Assembly: GCA_045655005.1 (NCBI GenBank)
Contig: JAZOOJ010000019.1
Coordinates: 102,335 to 166,334, forward strand
Source of the DNA: Clostridia bacterium
GTDB lineage: Bacteria > Bacillota > Clostridia > Christensenellales > UBA1242
Reading direction: 5' to 3'
Length of the DNA stretch: 64,000 bases
The notes under the pieces: model-generated
Told to the model about the DNA's origin: nothing
What the model saw: the letters and a program-made list of their open reading frames with translations, nothing else
Database searches by the model: none
Shown: piece by piece, positions 18,816 to 28,500 of the stretch
Numbering within the stretch: position 1 is the first letter of the stretch
How the letters are laid out: each line of letters begins with the position of its first letter
Program-made: the position numbers and the translations under genes

Positions 18816-20393
18816 TTAGAAATTTAGCAAGTTTAGATACATATCTTTATTTAACGCACCCAAGAATAGGTAAAGTCTTGGTCCAGACTCCTTTCCGATA
18901 AGAAGCATATATACATTTTGGAAGAACTTCTTTTGGAATGGTTGGTTTTCTTTATCTTTTAAGCCCTCTTGCTTTGGAATATCATATAGAAGTTGTTGCA
19001 AGTCTTCAAGAGAAATATCTTCGCTTGATAGTTTTGAGTAGAGTGTACGAATATCTTGTTGCTCACGTTCTGGAAGATTATTAAAGTATTCTTCGTTCTT
19101 TGAGTCAAGTAGGGTAGAAATACTTTCAGGGGAGTAGTTTTTAGCCCAATATTCGATGCGTCCAAGACGAGAAAGCAGGTCTTCCTTGTCAACATCTGGA
19201 TTTACCTTTTTATATAGAGAATATAGTAAATTTGGTTCAAAATTAACGATTGAGCCAAGAGAGAATAATAATTGTGCTGAAACTGAGCTTGGTTTTAATT
19301 CTTCTCTTTCAAAACGCACATATCTCATAACTTCTTTGATGTTTTGAGGACAGTTGTCGTTAAATGAAGCGGCAAGTGAACGGTCGAATTCGTGATATTG
19401 ACGCAAAATTTCATCGTCAAAACAGAATTGCCAACTTTGACGGGCTGGAACCTTAGAATATAACCATAAAATCATTTCTGGTGGGCATACCTTTAATAAC
19501 TCGGCTGGGGTGATTGATGTTCCGCTTGAACTACTCATTTTTCCACCGCCACCTTTAATTCCGATAAATTCATACATAACAAAGTCTGGCGCTGTATAAT
19601 TGTAAACCTTGTCTACAATAATTTTACCAACTGTGTATGAACTTCCTTCGGTTCCATGGTCTTTTCCGCCTGGTTCAAAAGTGACTTTTTCTTCATTCCA
19701 ACGCATTGGCCAGTCTGCCTTCCAAACAAGTTTAATGTTGTGGTATTCACGAATTTTAACAGTGTCGTGATGTCCACACTTACATTCATATGCGATTGTT
19801 TCACAATCGTCTGAAACATTTGTTACAACGGTTGAATCTTTGCCACATTTTTCACAATACACTGCGATAGGGACATATGATTCACGACCTTCTTCGGTTG
19901 CTTCTTGGCTTTTGTACTCATAAAGAATATCGTATATGGTTTTTCTTTCTTTAAGAGCCTTTATAATGCCTTCGTCATATCTGCCTTTGCGGTATTCTTG
20001 GGCTTGGGTGATGTATTCACATTCAATACCAAATTGCTTTACGGCTTCTTTGAATTGTTCTTCAAAGTGTTCTGCGTAAGATGAGTGACAGCCATATGGG
20101 TCTGGAATGTCTGCATATGGGGTGCCAATGTATTTATCATAAGAATCTCCGACAACTTGTTTAACAGCAAATGGAACTTTTCTTAAACGGTCAAAGTTGT
20201 CAAAAGACATTATAAATCTTGACTTTTTGCCTGCCATTTTAAGTCCTGTGTGAACAAAGTAACTTGTTAAAAATTCTCTAAAATTTCCGATGTGGATTGG
20301 TCCAGATGGGCTGATACCTGCAGCGCAGGTAAATTCTTCTTTTTCTGGATTGTCATTAATTAATTTCTGTACGGCTTCGTCTATCCAAAGCAT
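18816..20393 (-). CDS. lysK: Lysine--tRNA ligase, class I type
   Basis: GISPSGPIHIGNFRE (HIGH-type), FDNFDRLRKVP, and GGGKMSSSSG (KMSKS-type) match class I LysRS. Start at ATG 20393 (AAGGAGAA upstream), not ORF-track 20489. Confidence 0.85.
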   Translation of the reverse strand: MLWIDEAVQKLINDNPEKEEFTCAAGISPSGPIHIGNFREFLTSYFVHTGLKMAGKKSRFIMSFDNFDRLRKVPFAVKQVVGDSYDKYIGTPYADIPDPYGCHSSYAEHFEEQFKEAVKQFGIECEYITQAQEYRKGRYDEGIIKALKERKTIYDILYEYKSQEATEEGRESYVPIAVYCEKCGKDSTVVTNVSDDCETIAYECKCGHHDTVKIREYHNIKLVWKADWPMRWNEEKVTFEPGGKDHGTEGSSYTVGKIIVDKVYNYTAPDFVMYEFIGIKGGGGKMSSSSGTSITPAELLKVCPPEMILWLYSKVPARQSWQFCFDDEILRQYHEFDRSLAASFNDNCPQNIKEVMRYVRFEREELKPSSVSAQLLFSLGSIVNFEPNLLYSLYKKVNPDVDKEDLLSRLGRIEYWAKNYSPESISTLLDSKNEEYFNNLPEREQQDIRTLYSKLSSEDISLEDLQQLLYDIPKQEGLKDKENQPFQKKFFQNVYMLLIGKESGPRLYLFLGALNKDMYLNLLNF

Positions 20394-20496
20394 TTTAATT
20401 TTCTCCTTTTGTTGTAATATTTTATAGTTTACTATATTTGTGTACTTTTTGCAAGTGGGTATGGGTTGTTTTTTATAAAAATTATTCATTAAACTA

Positions 20497-20527
20497 TTAA
20501 AAAGAAGCCTGAAAATCAGACTTCTTT
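20497..20527 (-). terminator. Terminator after the 1228-aa surface protein gene
   Basis: On the minus strand: aaagaagtctga / tcaggcttcttt (one G-T pair) followed by a T-run, 10 nt after the stop at 20537. Confidence 0.6.
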
Positions 20528-20536
20528 AAAATATTT

Positions 20537-23500
20537 TTATACAAATCCGTGTCCATCGTCGTCGCTTGCTTTAACTTTATTTTTCATTCTTGGCTTCTTG
20601 CCTTTGCCTTTTAATACATTAACTCTTGTAAAGATAAGCGCAAAGATTATTGCTGCAACAAGTAGAAGTGAAGATAGTGTGGCGAATAAGATTTCAAGTG
20701 TTTTGCTTTCTTCTTCAATTGGTTCTTCGTCTTTGTTTTCATTTGATGTATTTCTTAAATCAACGGCTTTTGTGATGTCTTTATCTGTGATTGCTGAAGT
20801 TGCTGATTTATATGATGACTCATCAATCTTTGTTAGTTTAAGGCTGTCAACAATAATTTCACCACTTGCATCGATTAATTCAAGTACAAATTCTGATGTG
20901 ATTGCTTTTGATGTTGTTGCAACAAGGAATGTATAAGTTTTAAATTCGTTTGAAGTAATTGAAATTGTTTCGTTTAATTCGGTGAATGAAAGTGTTGCAT
21001 ATTTGCCTTCTTCAAGATTTAATGCCTTTGCAACAACTTCAAATTTATAGAATGAAGAAGCTGAAAGGGAATAACTTTGATATGGTTTAATCTTTGTAGA
21101 ATTTCCATTTGCGTTCTTGATTACCAATACATAAGGAGTTGTAGCTTTATCATAAATGTAATCTGCAAGTGCATCTTTATCTGTTGAAGTATCAAGAATT
21201 GATAGGCTTCCAGTAGAGTCATCAGTCTTTTCAATTGTTAACGATTCGTAATAACCATTTCCTAAACTTTCACCAACTTCAACGAATGATTCTCCGTCAA
21301 GTTGAACAAGTGTAATATTTTCTGCTTTTCTTTCGTCAACTGTTTTTTCATTTGCAAGGTCTGTAAAGATAGTTGCTGTAGAAGATTTAACGGTTGCTGT
21401 TTTGAATAATGCAGTGCCTGTTGTTGTCGATTCGCTTGAACCGTAGATAATTTCCAAATAAACTGTTGTTGCAGAAAGACCGTTCTTTAAATAGAATGAT
21501 ACTGTTTGCCAGTTGTTTTCAGAAGGAGTGATTACTTTCTTTGAAAGTTTTTGTGTTGCAAGAATCTTGTTGTTTGCGTTTAAAAGATTGATTGTAACAT
21601 CACCTTCAAAATTAGTGTCAAGATAGGTATAAAGTGAAATTAATTTGTGTGATGATGCTGTAATTGAAATTTTGTCTGATTTGTAAGTTGTTGTAAAGTT
21701 GTTTATTGTTTTGTCGTCACCAAGATTGCTTTTTACATTTGAAATTGCAAGATAGTTTTCATAGACATTGTTTGGGTTGATGAAAGAAATATCTTCGCTT
21801 AAAGTGATTGAGCCAGCACCATTTGTAAATACATTGTTATAATTGTAACCGTTAATTATTCCGTGGAAGAACTTTTTGTCTTCGATTGCTTTTTGGTTTA
21901 ACTTAAAGTCAGGATATAAGTCGCTTGTGAAAGCATCTTTTTCTTCATCAAAAGCAAAAGTAATATTTTTAGCAACTACGATTTTTTCAGTTGCTTCACG
22001 TGTGCTGTTTGAATCAGTTATTTTGTAGACATCTCCAGTGCCTGGTTCGGTGTAAATGAATGCACCTTCGCTTAAATTGTAAACATATTCTTTTCCTTCG
22101 TGAGTGAAGTTTCCGGCTGTGCTAATTTCTTCTGGCAAATAGATGTATTCAATTTCACCATATTGAGAACCGCCTGACGAATATTTTGTAAGTTTATATT
22201 TGTATGGCATATAAACAAAAGTTGTTTCGTCGTCTGATAATTGTTCAAACAATTTTTCGTCAAATTCGATTGTGTCATCATTTACTGTAAAGTCTGAATT
22301 GTTTAGAATTGATGTATATGTGCTGTCGCTTAAATCGTCAAAATATTTATAAACATCGGTTTTTGTTGTGATTGTGTTTGTCCAACCGCTTGCAGTATAA
22401 AGTGGGTTTAAGTCGTTTTTCTTGGTGTCTATTAAGTTGAAATGTCCGTTTGTAACTGTCTCTGTTGGTAGAGAAGTGGTTAGAGATAGTTTTGTTGCGT
22501 CTGAATCTTTGTATTCTGTGCTTGAAATCTTTTCAATTACAAAATTATCAAACATAAAACTTGACTCTTTTGGAATTGAAAGTGTAACCCATACATCAGT
22601 TGTGTAAATTGGGCAAGATTCAACCAATATAACGGTTTCTTTCCAATAGTTGTTTATTGATGATGGTTTATCTTTCTCGCTTTGACTGTCATAAGGTTTT
22701 ACAGTTAACTCTTTTGTTTTTACAGTTTTTGAGTTAAGTGTTGCATTTAAGAAAATTGTAAAACTTTGAGATGATGCATTTTTGTATGAATAATCACTTC
22801 TTGACCAAAGAGATACTCTGTAATAGTTAAATGGTTCAATTTGAGTCTTTTTTGAAGTTAAGCCAAGAGCTTTATCTCCGTAATTTTCAACAGTTAAAAT
22901 AGAATTTGTTTCGTTACCAAATGTTGAATAAATTTTTGTTGTGTTCTGTTCGTTTGCAATTTTTACATCTGCGCCAGTAGTGCCACCGTTGCGGTTGTCA
23001 ATTTCCCAATCAGATTCAGAAATGTGATTAATTCCATTAAAGTTTGAAATTACACGATAGTCATTTTCTGTTGTTTCACGATAATTTGCAATTGATATTG
23101 TATCGTCTGATGTAGAGTTTTTAACGGCTTCAAGATATGTTGAGTATTGAATCTTTTCGACTTTTGCGTCGTCAAAGAAAACAATACCGCTTGACTTTGT
23201 GCTTTCAGAACCCAAAGAAAGTTTTAAACTTGTTTTGTATTTACCAGCGTTATCAGCATTGTAATCGGTGCTTACATAAATTGAGTATTTTGTCCAAGCA
23301 GAATTGCTTGCTTCGTTTACATAACTGATTGTTGTTTGGTCGTGTGACCAGGTGTTTGAAGAACTGTCATAGGTATAAGTTGTGTTACCATCAACGTAAT
23401 CTTGGTCGATTATTGGTCGATTATCGTCGGTGTTTTCTTTATAGAAATAAGATGTAACGCCAGATGTAACTTTTTTATACAGTGATAAATTGTTTGTGTT

Positions 23501-24223
23501 GCTGTCTGCTTGAATGTCTGTGAAATATTCATTCTCTAAATCTTTGCCAAGAGCGATTGATGCAAGGGAGCCTTCGGTCTTTACCCAAACAGAAACTCTG
23601 TAATAAGAATATGCTTCAAGTGTAAAGTCGTTTGATACATAAGAATAATATACATTACGAGGACTTTCGGTGCAACTTGCGACATAATCGTTGTTGCCAT
23701 CATTTTGAATATCAAACTCTGTATAAGTTTTTCCAGCATTGATATAAAGAACACGCTTATTAGAAGCAAGTTTTTCAACTGAATCATGTGTCAATGGGTT
23801 TGTTGGAGGAGCGATTTGGTTTTCCAAATAACTATAAATTAATTGATAGTTTTCAATTGTTGAATAGTTACCTGTCCAATATGAAAGCCAGTTGGATTTG
23901 TATGAAGCATAGTTGGTTTCATAGTTTTCATATTCTGTATTCAATACGCCTGACATAGTTGTAGAATCTTTGTCTTTTTTGCCTTCGTCTTCTGAAGTAT
24001 AATCGGCGTCCCAAGAGTCTGGGGTTGTTGTTCCGTTTACCATTTCTTCAAAGTTAAGATTTTTAACCGATACTTCGTTCTCAGTATAAACAGACTTGAT
24101 TGTTTCGTCTGCCTTTGCTTTAAAGATTGTTGGAAGTTTTGCAAGTGGTAGGGCACCAAATGCCATTATTCCGCCCATTGCAAGTCCTATTATTGATTTT
24201 GTTAGTTTGTTGTTCTTTTTCAT
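20537..24223 (-). CDS. Large surface protein (1228 aa): signal peptide, repeated CBM4_9-like beta-sandwich modules, C-terminal TM anchor
   Basis: N-terminal signal-like segment. Recurrent module endings YYRVSVWVKTEG, YYRVSLWSRSDY, FYKFEVVAKAL. C-terminal hydrophobic helix plus basic tail (KGKGKKPRMKNK). No LPXTG. Confidence 0.7.
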   Translation of the reverse strand: MKKNNKLTKSIIGLAMGGIMAFGALPLAKLPTIFKAKADETIKSVYTENEVSVKNLNFEEMVNGTTTPDSWDADYTSEDEGKKDKDSTTMSGVLNTEYENYETNYASYKSNWLSYWTGNYSTIENYQLIYSYLENQIAPPTNPLTHDSVEKLASNKRVLYINAGKTYTEFDIQNDGNNDYVASCTESPRNVYYSYVSNDFTLEAYSYYRVSVWVKTEGSLASIALGKDLENEYFTDIQADSNTNNLSLYKKVTSGVTSYFYKENTDDNRPIIDQDYVDGNTTYTYDSSSNTWSHDQTTISYVNEASNSAWTKYSIYVSTDYNADNAGKYKTSLKLSLGSESTKSSGIVFFDDAKVEKIQYSTYLEAVKNSTSDDTISIANYRETTENDYRVISNFNGINHISESDWEIDNRNGGTTGADVKIANEQNTTKIYSTFGNETNSILTVENYGDKALGLTSKKTQIEPFNYYRVSLWSRSDYSYKNASSQSFTIFLNATLNSKTVKTKELTVKPYDSQSEKDKPSSINNYWKETVILVESCPIYTTDVWVTLSIPKESSFMFDNFVIEKISSTEYKDSDATKLSLTTSLPTETVTNGHFNLIDTKKNDLNPLYTASGWTNTITTKTDVYKYFDDLSDSTYTSILNNSDFTVNDDTIEFDEKLFEQLSDDETTFVYMPYKYKLTKYSSGGSQYGEIEYIYLPEEISTAGNFTHEGKEYVYNLSEGAFIYTEPGTGDVYKITDSNSTREATEKIVVAKNITFAFDEEKDAFTSDLYPDFKLNQKAIEDKKFFHGIINGYNYNNVFTNGAGSITLSEDISFINPNNVYENYLAISNVKSNLGDDKTINNFTTTYKSDKISITASSHKLISLYTYLDTNFEGDVTINLLNANNKILATQKLSKKVITPSENNWQTVSFYLKNGLSATTVYLEIIYGSSESTTTGTALFKTATVKSSTATIFTDLANEKTVDERKAENITLVQLDGESFVEVGESLGNGYYESLTIEKTDDSTGSLSILDTSTDKDALADYIYDKATTPYVLVIKNANGNSTKIKPYQSYSLSASSFYKFEVVAKALNLEEGKYATLSFTELNETISITSNEFKTYTFLVATTSKAITSEFVLELIDASGEIIVDSLKLTKIDESSYKSATSAITDKDITKAVDLRNTSNENKDEEPIEEESKTLEILFATLSSLLLVAAIIFALIFTRVNVLKGKGKKPRMKNKVKASDDDGHGFV

Positions 24224-24372
24224 TTTCTGCCACCTAAAAAATATTTATCTCTATTATTTTAATACACTGATAGATTTTTTGCAATAAAAAAATTAAAAAT
24301 TTTGTCTAATTACGCCATATCTTTGGTTTTAAAAGTTGATTATAGTCAGTTTTTATGCAAAAAACATAGATG

Positions 24373-24993
24373 CTATCTTGATTTATCACGTATTCGTCTT
24401 TTCATTTTTAATTTATAGAAGAAGCCGAGTTCACGTTTTGCTTGACGTTCAGATTCTTCATACCTATATAACATACTTCGCATTGTTGCTTGGTAATGCT
24501 CTTCATTTCGGAATCTATAACTGTGTTTTTCCATTTGTTTTATAGCATATTTTTGTGCGTCACGTTCAATTGGTTGCATACTGTAAATGGTTTTATCTTC
24601 TCTGCTTGATATGTAACCAGAATAGTTTTCACGCCATTTTTTTGCTTTAAAGTTGAATGGACTTATTCGCTTTTTTGTTATTTGTTCATATTGATAAGCA
24701 TGCCTGCCTTCGTGTAAAATCGTTTCAAGTGCATGATAGCGAAGTGCGGGGTTATCAATTAGATTAATACTTAAATATAATAGTCGTTTCCCATTGCTAT
24801 CAACTTCAAAACTTCCATAGCAATGCCAGTTTGGGTCGTTGTTAATTACAAGAGGTAATGATTTCCGGTCAAGTTTCTTTGCTTGTTTCTCTTCGATTCT
24901 TTCTAATACTTTTTCTCTTTGACCGGGCGTTAAGCCAATCCACTTGCGGTATTTGAATTTGTTGTATATACTAAACAGTCCAAATATGCACAT
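24373..24993 (-). CDS. Hypothetical protein with HEXXH zinc-metallopeptidase-like motif
   Basis: RBS AGGAGA. Motif ILHEGRHAYQ (HEGRH). Otherwise unrecognised. Confidence 0.45.
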   Translation of the reverse strand: MCIFGLFSIYNKFKYRKWIGLTPGQREKVLERIEEKQAKKLDRKSLPLVINNDPNWHCYGSFEVDSNGKRLLYLSINLIDNPALRYHALETILHEGRHAYQYEQITKKRISPFNFKAKKWRENYSGYISSREDKTIYSMQPIERDAQKYAIKQMEKHSYRFRNEEHYQATMRSMLYRYEESERQAKRELGFFYKLKMKRRIRDKSR

Positions 24994-25156
24994 AATATCT
25001 CCTATTGATTAAAGGGCATATACCCTTACTTTATTATTTTATCAAACCACAATGCTTTTTGTCTACTTATTTTTAGTGATAATTTTGTTATATAAACCAT
25101 TGACAATGTTTATTTTATGCAGATATAATTATTGTATCAATATTATAGGTGTAGGT

Positions 25157-25993
25157 ATGCAATATCAAGTTTTTAAAGGGAAGATTGAAATAATTGGGAA
25201 AGAAGAATTTAACCCTAAAGATATTTTAGAGTGTGGGCAGATTTTTAGATTTTACAAGAATAAAGATGATAATTATGTGGTTTTATCAAAAGATTTGAAA
25301 GCAACTATTGTAGAAAATGAAAAAGGGTATACAATTTTGTGCAGTGATTGTGACTATTTTGTTAAGTTTTTCAATCTTGACACCAATTACACAGCTATTA
25401 AAAATGAATTGAAAAAAGACGATTTTTTGGCGAGTGTGATTGAAAAGGGTGAAGGCATAAGAATTATAAAAAATGACCTTTTTGAAACCATTTGTTGCTT
25501 TATTATTTCGGCAAACAATAATATTAAAAGAATAAAACTAATATTAAATAGGTTGACAAAAGAAGTAGGGAGAAAACTTGACGAAGAAGATTTTTGCTTT
25601 CCAACTCTAGATGAGTTTAAATGTTTAGACGAAGATTTTTTTGTGAAAATTGGTGCGGGCTACAGAGCGAAATATTTGAGCGAGTTGGCTGTAAATTTTG
25701 AGAAATTGAAAGGAATTGATACAGATAAATTATCAACAGAAGAACTAAGAAAAGAACTTTTAAAGATTAAGGGGGTTGGGCCAAAAGTCGCAGATTGCAT
25801 AATGCTTTTTGCATATAATAGATATGATGTTTTCCCAGTTGATGTTTGGTCGGAAAGAATTTATTTAGAACATCTTGGTGGCGTTAAAACGGATAGAAAA
25901 AAAATAGCAAAAACATTGGTTGAAAGGTATGGTAATTTGGCGGGTTTTGCACAACAATATTTGTACTATTACAAGGCTATTGAAAAATTTTAA
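25157..25993 (+). CDS. ogg: 8-oxoguanine DNA glycosylase / AP lyase, OGG1 type (HhH-GPD)
   Basis: HhH-GPD motif IKGVGPKVADCIMLFAY with the catalytic Lys, and FPVDVW with the catalytic Asp. Start at ATG 25157; the ORF-track extension from 25052 is hydrophobic junk. Confidence 0.75.
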   Translation: MQYQVFKGKIEIIGKEEFNPKDILECGQIFRFYKNKDDNYVVLSKDLKATIVENEKGYTILCSDCDYFVKFFNLDTNYTAIKNELKKDDFLASVIEKGEGIRIIKNDLFETICCFIISANNNIKRIKLILNRLTKEVGRKLDEEDFCFPTLDEFKCLDEDFFVKIGAGYRAKYLSELAVNFEKLKGIDTDKLSTEELRKELLKIKGVGPKVADCIMLFAYNRYDVFPVDVWSERIYLEHLGGVKTDRKKIAKTLVERYGNLAGFAQQYLYYYKAIEKF

Positions 25994-26204
25994 AAAAATT
26001 TTAAAAATTTTTGAAAATCTGGTTGACTTAAAATTCATAAAGTGCTATTCTTGAAGTATGGGAAGCGAAGTCCCCCGATTTATGCTTCCTTGCCCTTTAT
26101 TAAGAGAGATTGGTTTCTATCAAGTGCCGTCTCTCTTTTCGTTTGTAAAATTATTATGAGCAAGGCTGTTTTTGTCTTGCTCATATTATATATTAAGGGA
26201 AGTA

Positions 26205-26232
26205 TTGACTTTTTGAGTTTTTGTGGTACAAT
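26205..26232 (+). promoter_or_regulatory. Sigma-A-type promoter of floA
   Basis: TTGACT (26205-26210), 16-nt spacer, extended -10 TGgTACAAT (TACAAT 26227-26232). Confidence 0.5.
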
Positions 26233-26320
26233 ATAGATACTAAAAATTTCGGCAATTTTTGATTTTGCTTTTATAAGTCGATAAGCATATAATAGGAATA
26301 TTAGTTTTGGGGGAAGACTA

Positions 26321-27400
26321 ATGCTATTACTACAAATGAGTGTTGTTGGAATAGTTTCTATAATCATAATTGAACTGTTGGTTGTTGGGGGAATTATTGC
26401 GTTCTTTTTAATCTATCCAATTAAGGTTTGGTGGAGAGCGTTAATTTCTGATGCCTATATACCTCTTAATAAATTGCTTGCAATGAAACTTAGGAAAGTT
26501 AATCTTAACAATGTTGTTGTTGCATATATAACCAGTCGAAAGTCTGGTATTGATTTAAAAATAGAAGACCTTGAAACACACGTTTTGGCGGGTGGTGATA
26601 TTGATAAGGTTATTAAGGCGATGATTTCAGCAAAAAGTGCTGGAATTAATTTACCGCTCCAAATGGCGAAGGCTATTGACCTTGCTGGGAAAGATGTTCA
26701 TTCAATTGTTCAGTCGTGTATTGTGCCTAAGGTTGTCGAAACTCCTTTGGTTACAAGTATCAGTAAAGACGGCATTGAACTTAAAGCAAAAGCAAGCATT
26801 ACTGTTAAAGCAAATATGGGAAGAATTCTTGGTGGCGCAGACGAAAACACTATTATCACAAGAGTTTCTGAATGTTTAGCGTCAACGATTGGTTCATCGG
26901 TAAATCATACAGCGGTTATTGAAAATCCTGATGTTATCTCTGATGTTATTATAAATAAAGGTTTGGACTATGAAACAGCCTACGAAATACTTTCAATTGA
27001 TATTTTTGATATATCAATAGGTAAAAATATTGCCGTTCAACTGCAACTTGAACAAGCAGAAATTGAGAAGAAGGCAAGTCAAGCCAAAATTGAAGAAAGG
27101 CGTATGGAAGCAAGCATTATTGAACAGCAAAACAAGGCGAAAATTCAAGAGGCGAAAATCAGAGCAATTGAAGCCGAAGCCGAGGTGCCAAAGGCGTTGG
27201 CGAATGCTTTAAAAGAGGGAAGAATTACCCCAATGGATTATTATGATATTAAAAATCTTGAAGCAGATACAAATTTACGAAATATGCTTAGCGGTAATAC
27301 TAAAAAGGCTGATGATTTTGGTGGTGAAGGTGGAAGTCAAGAACCATTTAGAAGGCCAATGCCAAGACCAAAACCAAAAAGAAATCCGTTTAACTTTTAA
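26321..27400 (+). CDS. floA: Flotillin-like protein FloA (YqfA/UPF0365 family)
   Basis: N-terminal TM, then YIPLNKLLAMKLRKVNLNNVVVAYITSRKSGIDL ... HVLAGGDIDKVIKAMISAKSAGINL, characteristic of FloA. Coiled A/E/K-rich C-terminus. Confidence 0.85.
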   Translation: MLLLQMSVVGIVSIIIIELLVVGGIIAFFLIYPIKVWWRALISDAYIPLNKLLAMKLRKVNLNNVVVAYITSRKSGIDLKIEDLETHVLAGGDIDKVIKAMISAKSAGINLPLQMAKAIDLAGKDVHSIVQSCIVPKVVETPLVTSISKDGIELKAKASITVKANMGRILGGADENTIITRVSECLASTIGSSVNHTAVIENPDVISDVIINKGLDYETAYEILSIDIFDISIGKNIAVQLQLEQAEIEKKASQAKIEERRMEASIIEQQNKAKIQEAKIRAIEAEAEVPKALANALKEGRITPMDYYDIKNLEADTNLRNMLSGNTKKADDFGGEGGSQEPFRRPMPRPKPKRNPFNF

Positions 27401-27414
27401 AGGAGAAATAGTAA

Positions 27415-28347
27415 ATGTCTACGATATTAATTGTCGCCGTTGTAGCAGTTTTGGGCTATTTTATCCTTTCTGCTAACGGTATAAAATTATTTGGCAAAAA
27501 AGAGCATAAGGTAAAAGCAAAGAAATCCAATGAAGAAAAATATAGCGATATTTTGCCAAAAGAGAAAAAAGAAAAAAGCGAAAAAAAAGTTGGCGTCAAG
27601 ATTTCTGATAGTGCAAAAAAAGAAAAACTAAAAGACGATATAAAAAAGGAAATCAGCGAAAAGACCGGCGTGACGACAAAACCTGCTGGGACTGGCACGG
27701 TATCCAAGATTACAAAAGAGGACTTTTTGAAAAATAATATTGAAGTCCCATCAACAAGTAATCTTTTAACAGAAGAAGAGAAAAAGGCGATGACGGCGAA
27801 ATCTTTGCCAAAGGCAAAAGAACAGCCATCAAAACCATATGACTTTGGGTTGCCAGATTTTTCTTCGCCTGTCGGGTTTTCAAGCCCATCAAAAGGGTTT
27901 CCTCTTGACGACCCACTTAATTCAAAAGACGACCCATTTGGCGATATTGATTTTGATGCGATATTAAATGGTACAAGTTCGTCAGATAAACCTTTTATGG
28001 ATAGTTTTTCGGATTTTGATTTGCCAGATAGTAGTTTTGGGGGCAATCCTAAGCCATTATCTCTTGGTTCAAGTCCTATAAGTGAATACAATCAAAAATC
28101 CAGTGCAGAATATTTTAATCCAAGTACAAGTTTTGATATGGACTCTCAAACTACTTTTGACGCAGACCCAATAATGATTCGGTCGTTAGACGAAAGATTT
28201 GAACAAGTATTTGGAGCAAATTATGCAAGTGTTGCAGGTTCAAAGATGGGAAAGGAAATTATTATTGGTGATATTTTAAAAGGTCCAAGAGTCAAAGAAG
28301 TCAGGGCAAGACGAAGCGAAAGAGAAAGACGACGTAAGTGGATGTAA
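27415..28347 (+). CDS. Membrane-anchored low-complexity K/S/D/P-rich protein
   Basis: RBS AAAGGAGAA. One N-terminal TM helix followed by a ~280-aa compositionally biased region. Follows floA by 14 nt. Confidence 0.55.
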   Translation: MSTILIVAVVAVLGYFILSANGIKLFGKKEHKVKAKKSNEEKYSDILPKEKKEKSEKKVGVKISDSAKKEKLKDDIKKEISEKTGVTTKPAGTGTVSKITKEDFLKNNIEVPSTSNLLTEEEKKAMTAKSLPKAKEQPSKPYDFGLPDFSSPVGFSSPSKGFPLDDPLNSKDDPFGDIDFDAILNGTSSSDKPFMDSFSDFDLPDSSFGGNPKPLSLGSSPISEYNQKSSAEYFNPSTSFDMDSQTTFDADPIMIRSLDERFEQVFGANYASVAGSKMGKEIIIGDILKGPRVKEVRARRSERERRRKWM

Positions 28348-28376
28348 AAATTTAAAGTATACAAATATAATCATAA

Positions 28377-28410
28377 TAAAAAATACCAGAACAATTACGT
28401 TCTGGTATTT
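28377..28410. terminator. Bidirectional terminator
   Basis: Perfect 10-bp stem ataccagaac / gttctggtat flanked by A6 and T4. Sits between the + gene ending at 28347 and the 3' end of the minus-strand tRNA-Glu. Confidence 0.7.
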
Positions 28411-28485
28411 TGGTACCACCACGGAGAATCGAACTCCGATTTCCAGCGTGAGAGGCTAGCGTCCTAACCGTTAGACGATGATGGC
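28411..28485 (-). tRNA. tRNA-Glu (anticodon CUC), CCA encoded
   Basis: Reverse complement folds as a cloverleaf: acceptor GCCATCA/TGGTGGT (two G-U pairs), D-arm GTCT-AACGGTTA-GGAC, anticodon arm CTAGC-CTCTCAC-GCTGG, T-arm CGGAG-TTCGATT-CTCCG, then A-CCA. Confidence 0.8.
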
Positions 28486-28500
28486 ATATTTATTTTTACT

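Noticed and set aside
20394-20536. Possible T-box leader upstream of class I lysK
   Set aside because: Only ~140 nt are available, and part of that is the terminator of the neighbouring gene. I found no specifier-loop or T-box consensus.
26042-26367. 64-aa and 95-aa ORFs in the ogg-floA spacer
   Set aside because: They have no RBS, give hydrophobic nonsense products, and overlap promoter and hairpin elements. I treated the region as a candidate RNA instead.
27456-28091. 211-aa antisense ORF inside the low-complexity gene 27415-28347 (and the similar 5247-5522 ORF inside 4924-5556)
   Set aside because: Open antisense frames are expected opposite Lys/Glu/Ser-rich repetitive coding sequence. 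There is no RBS, and the sense ORF has a strong RBS plus operon context.
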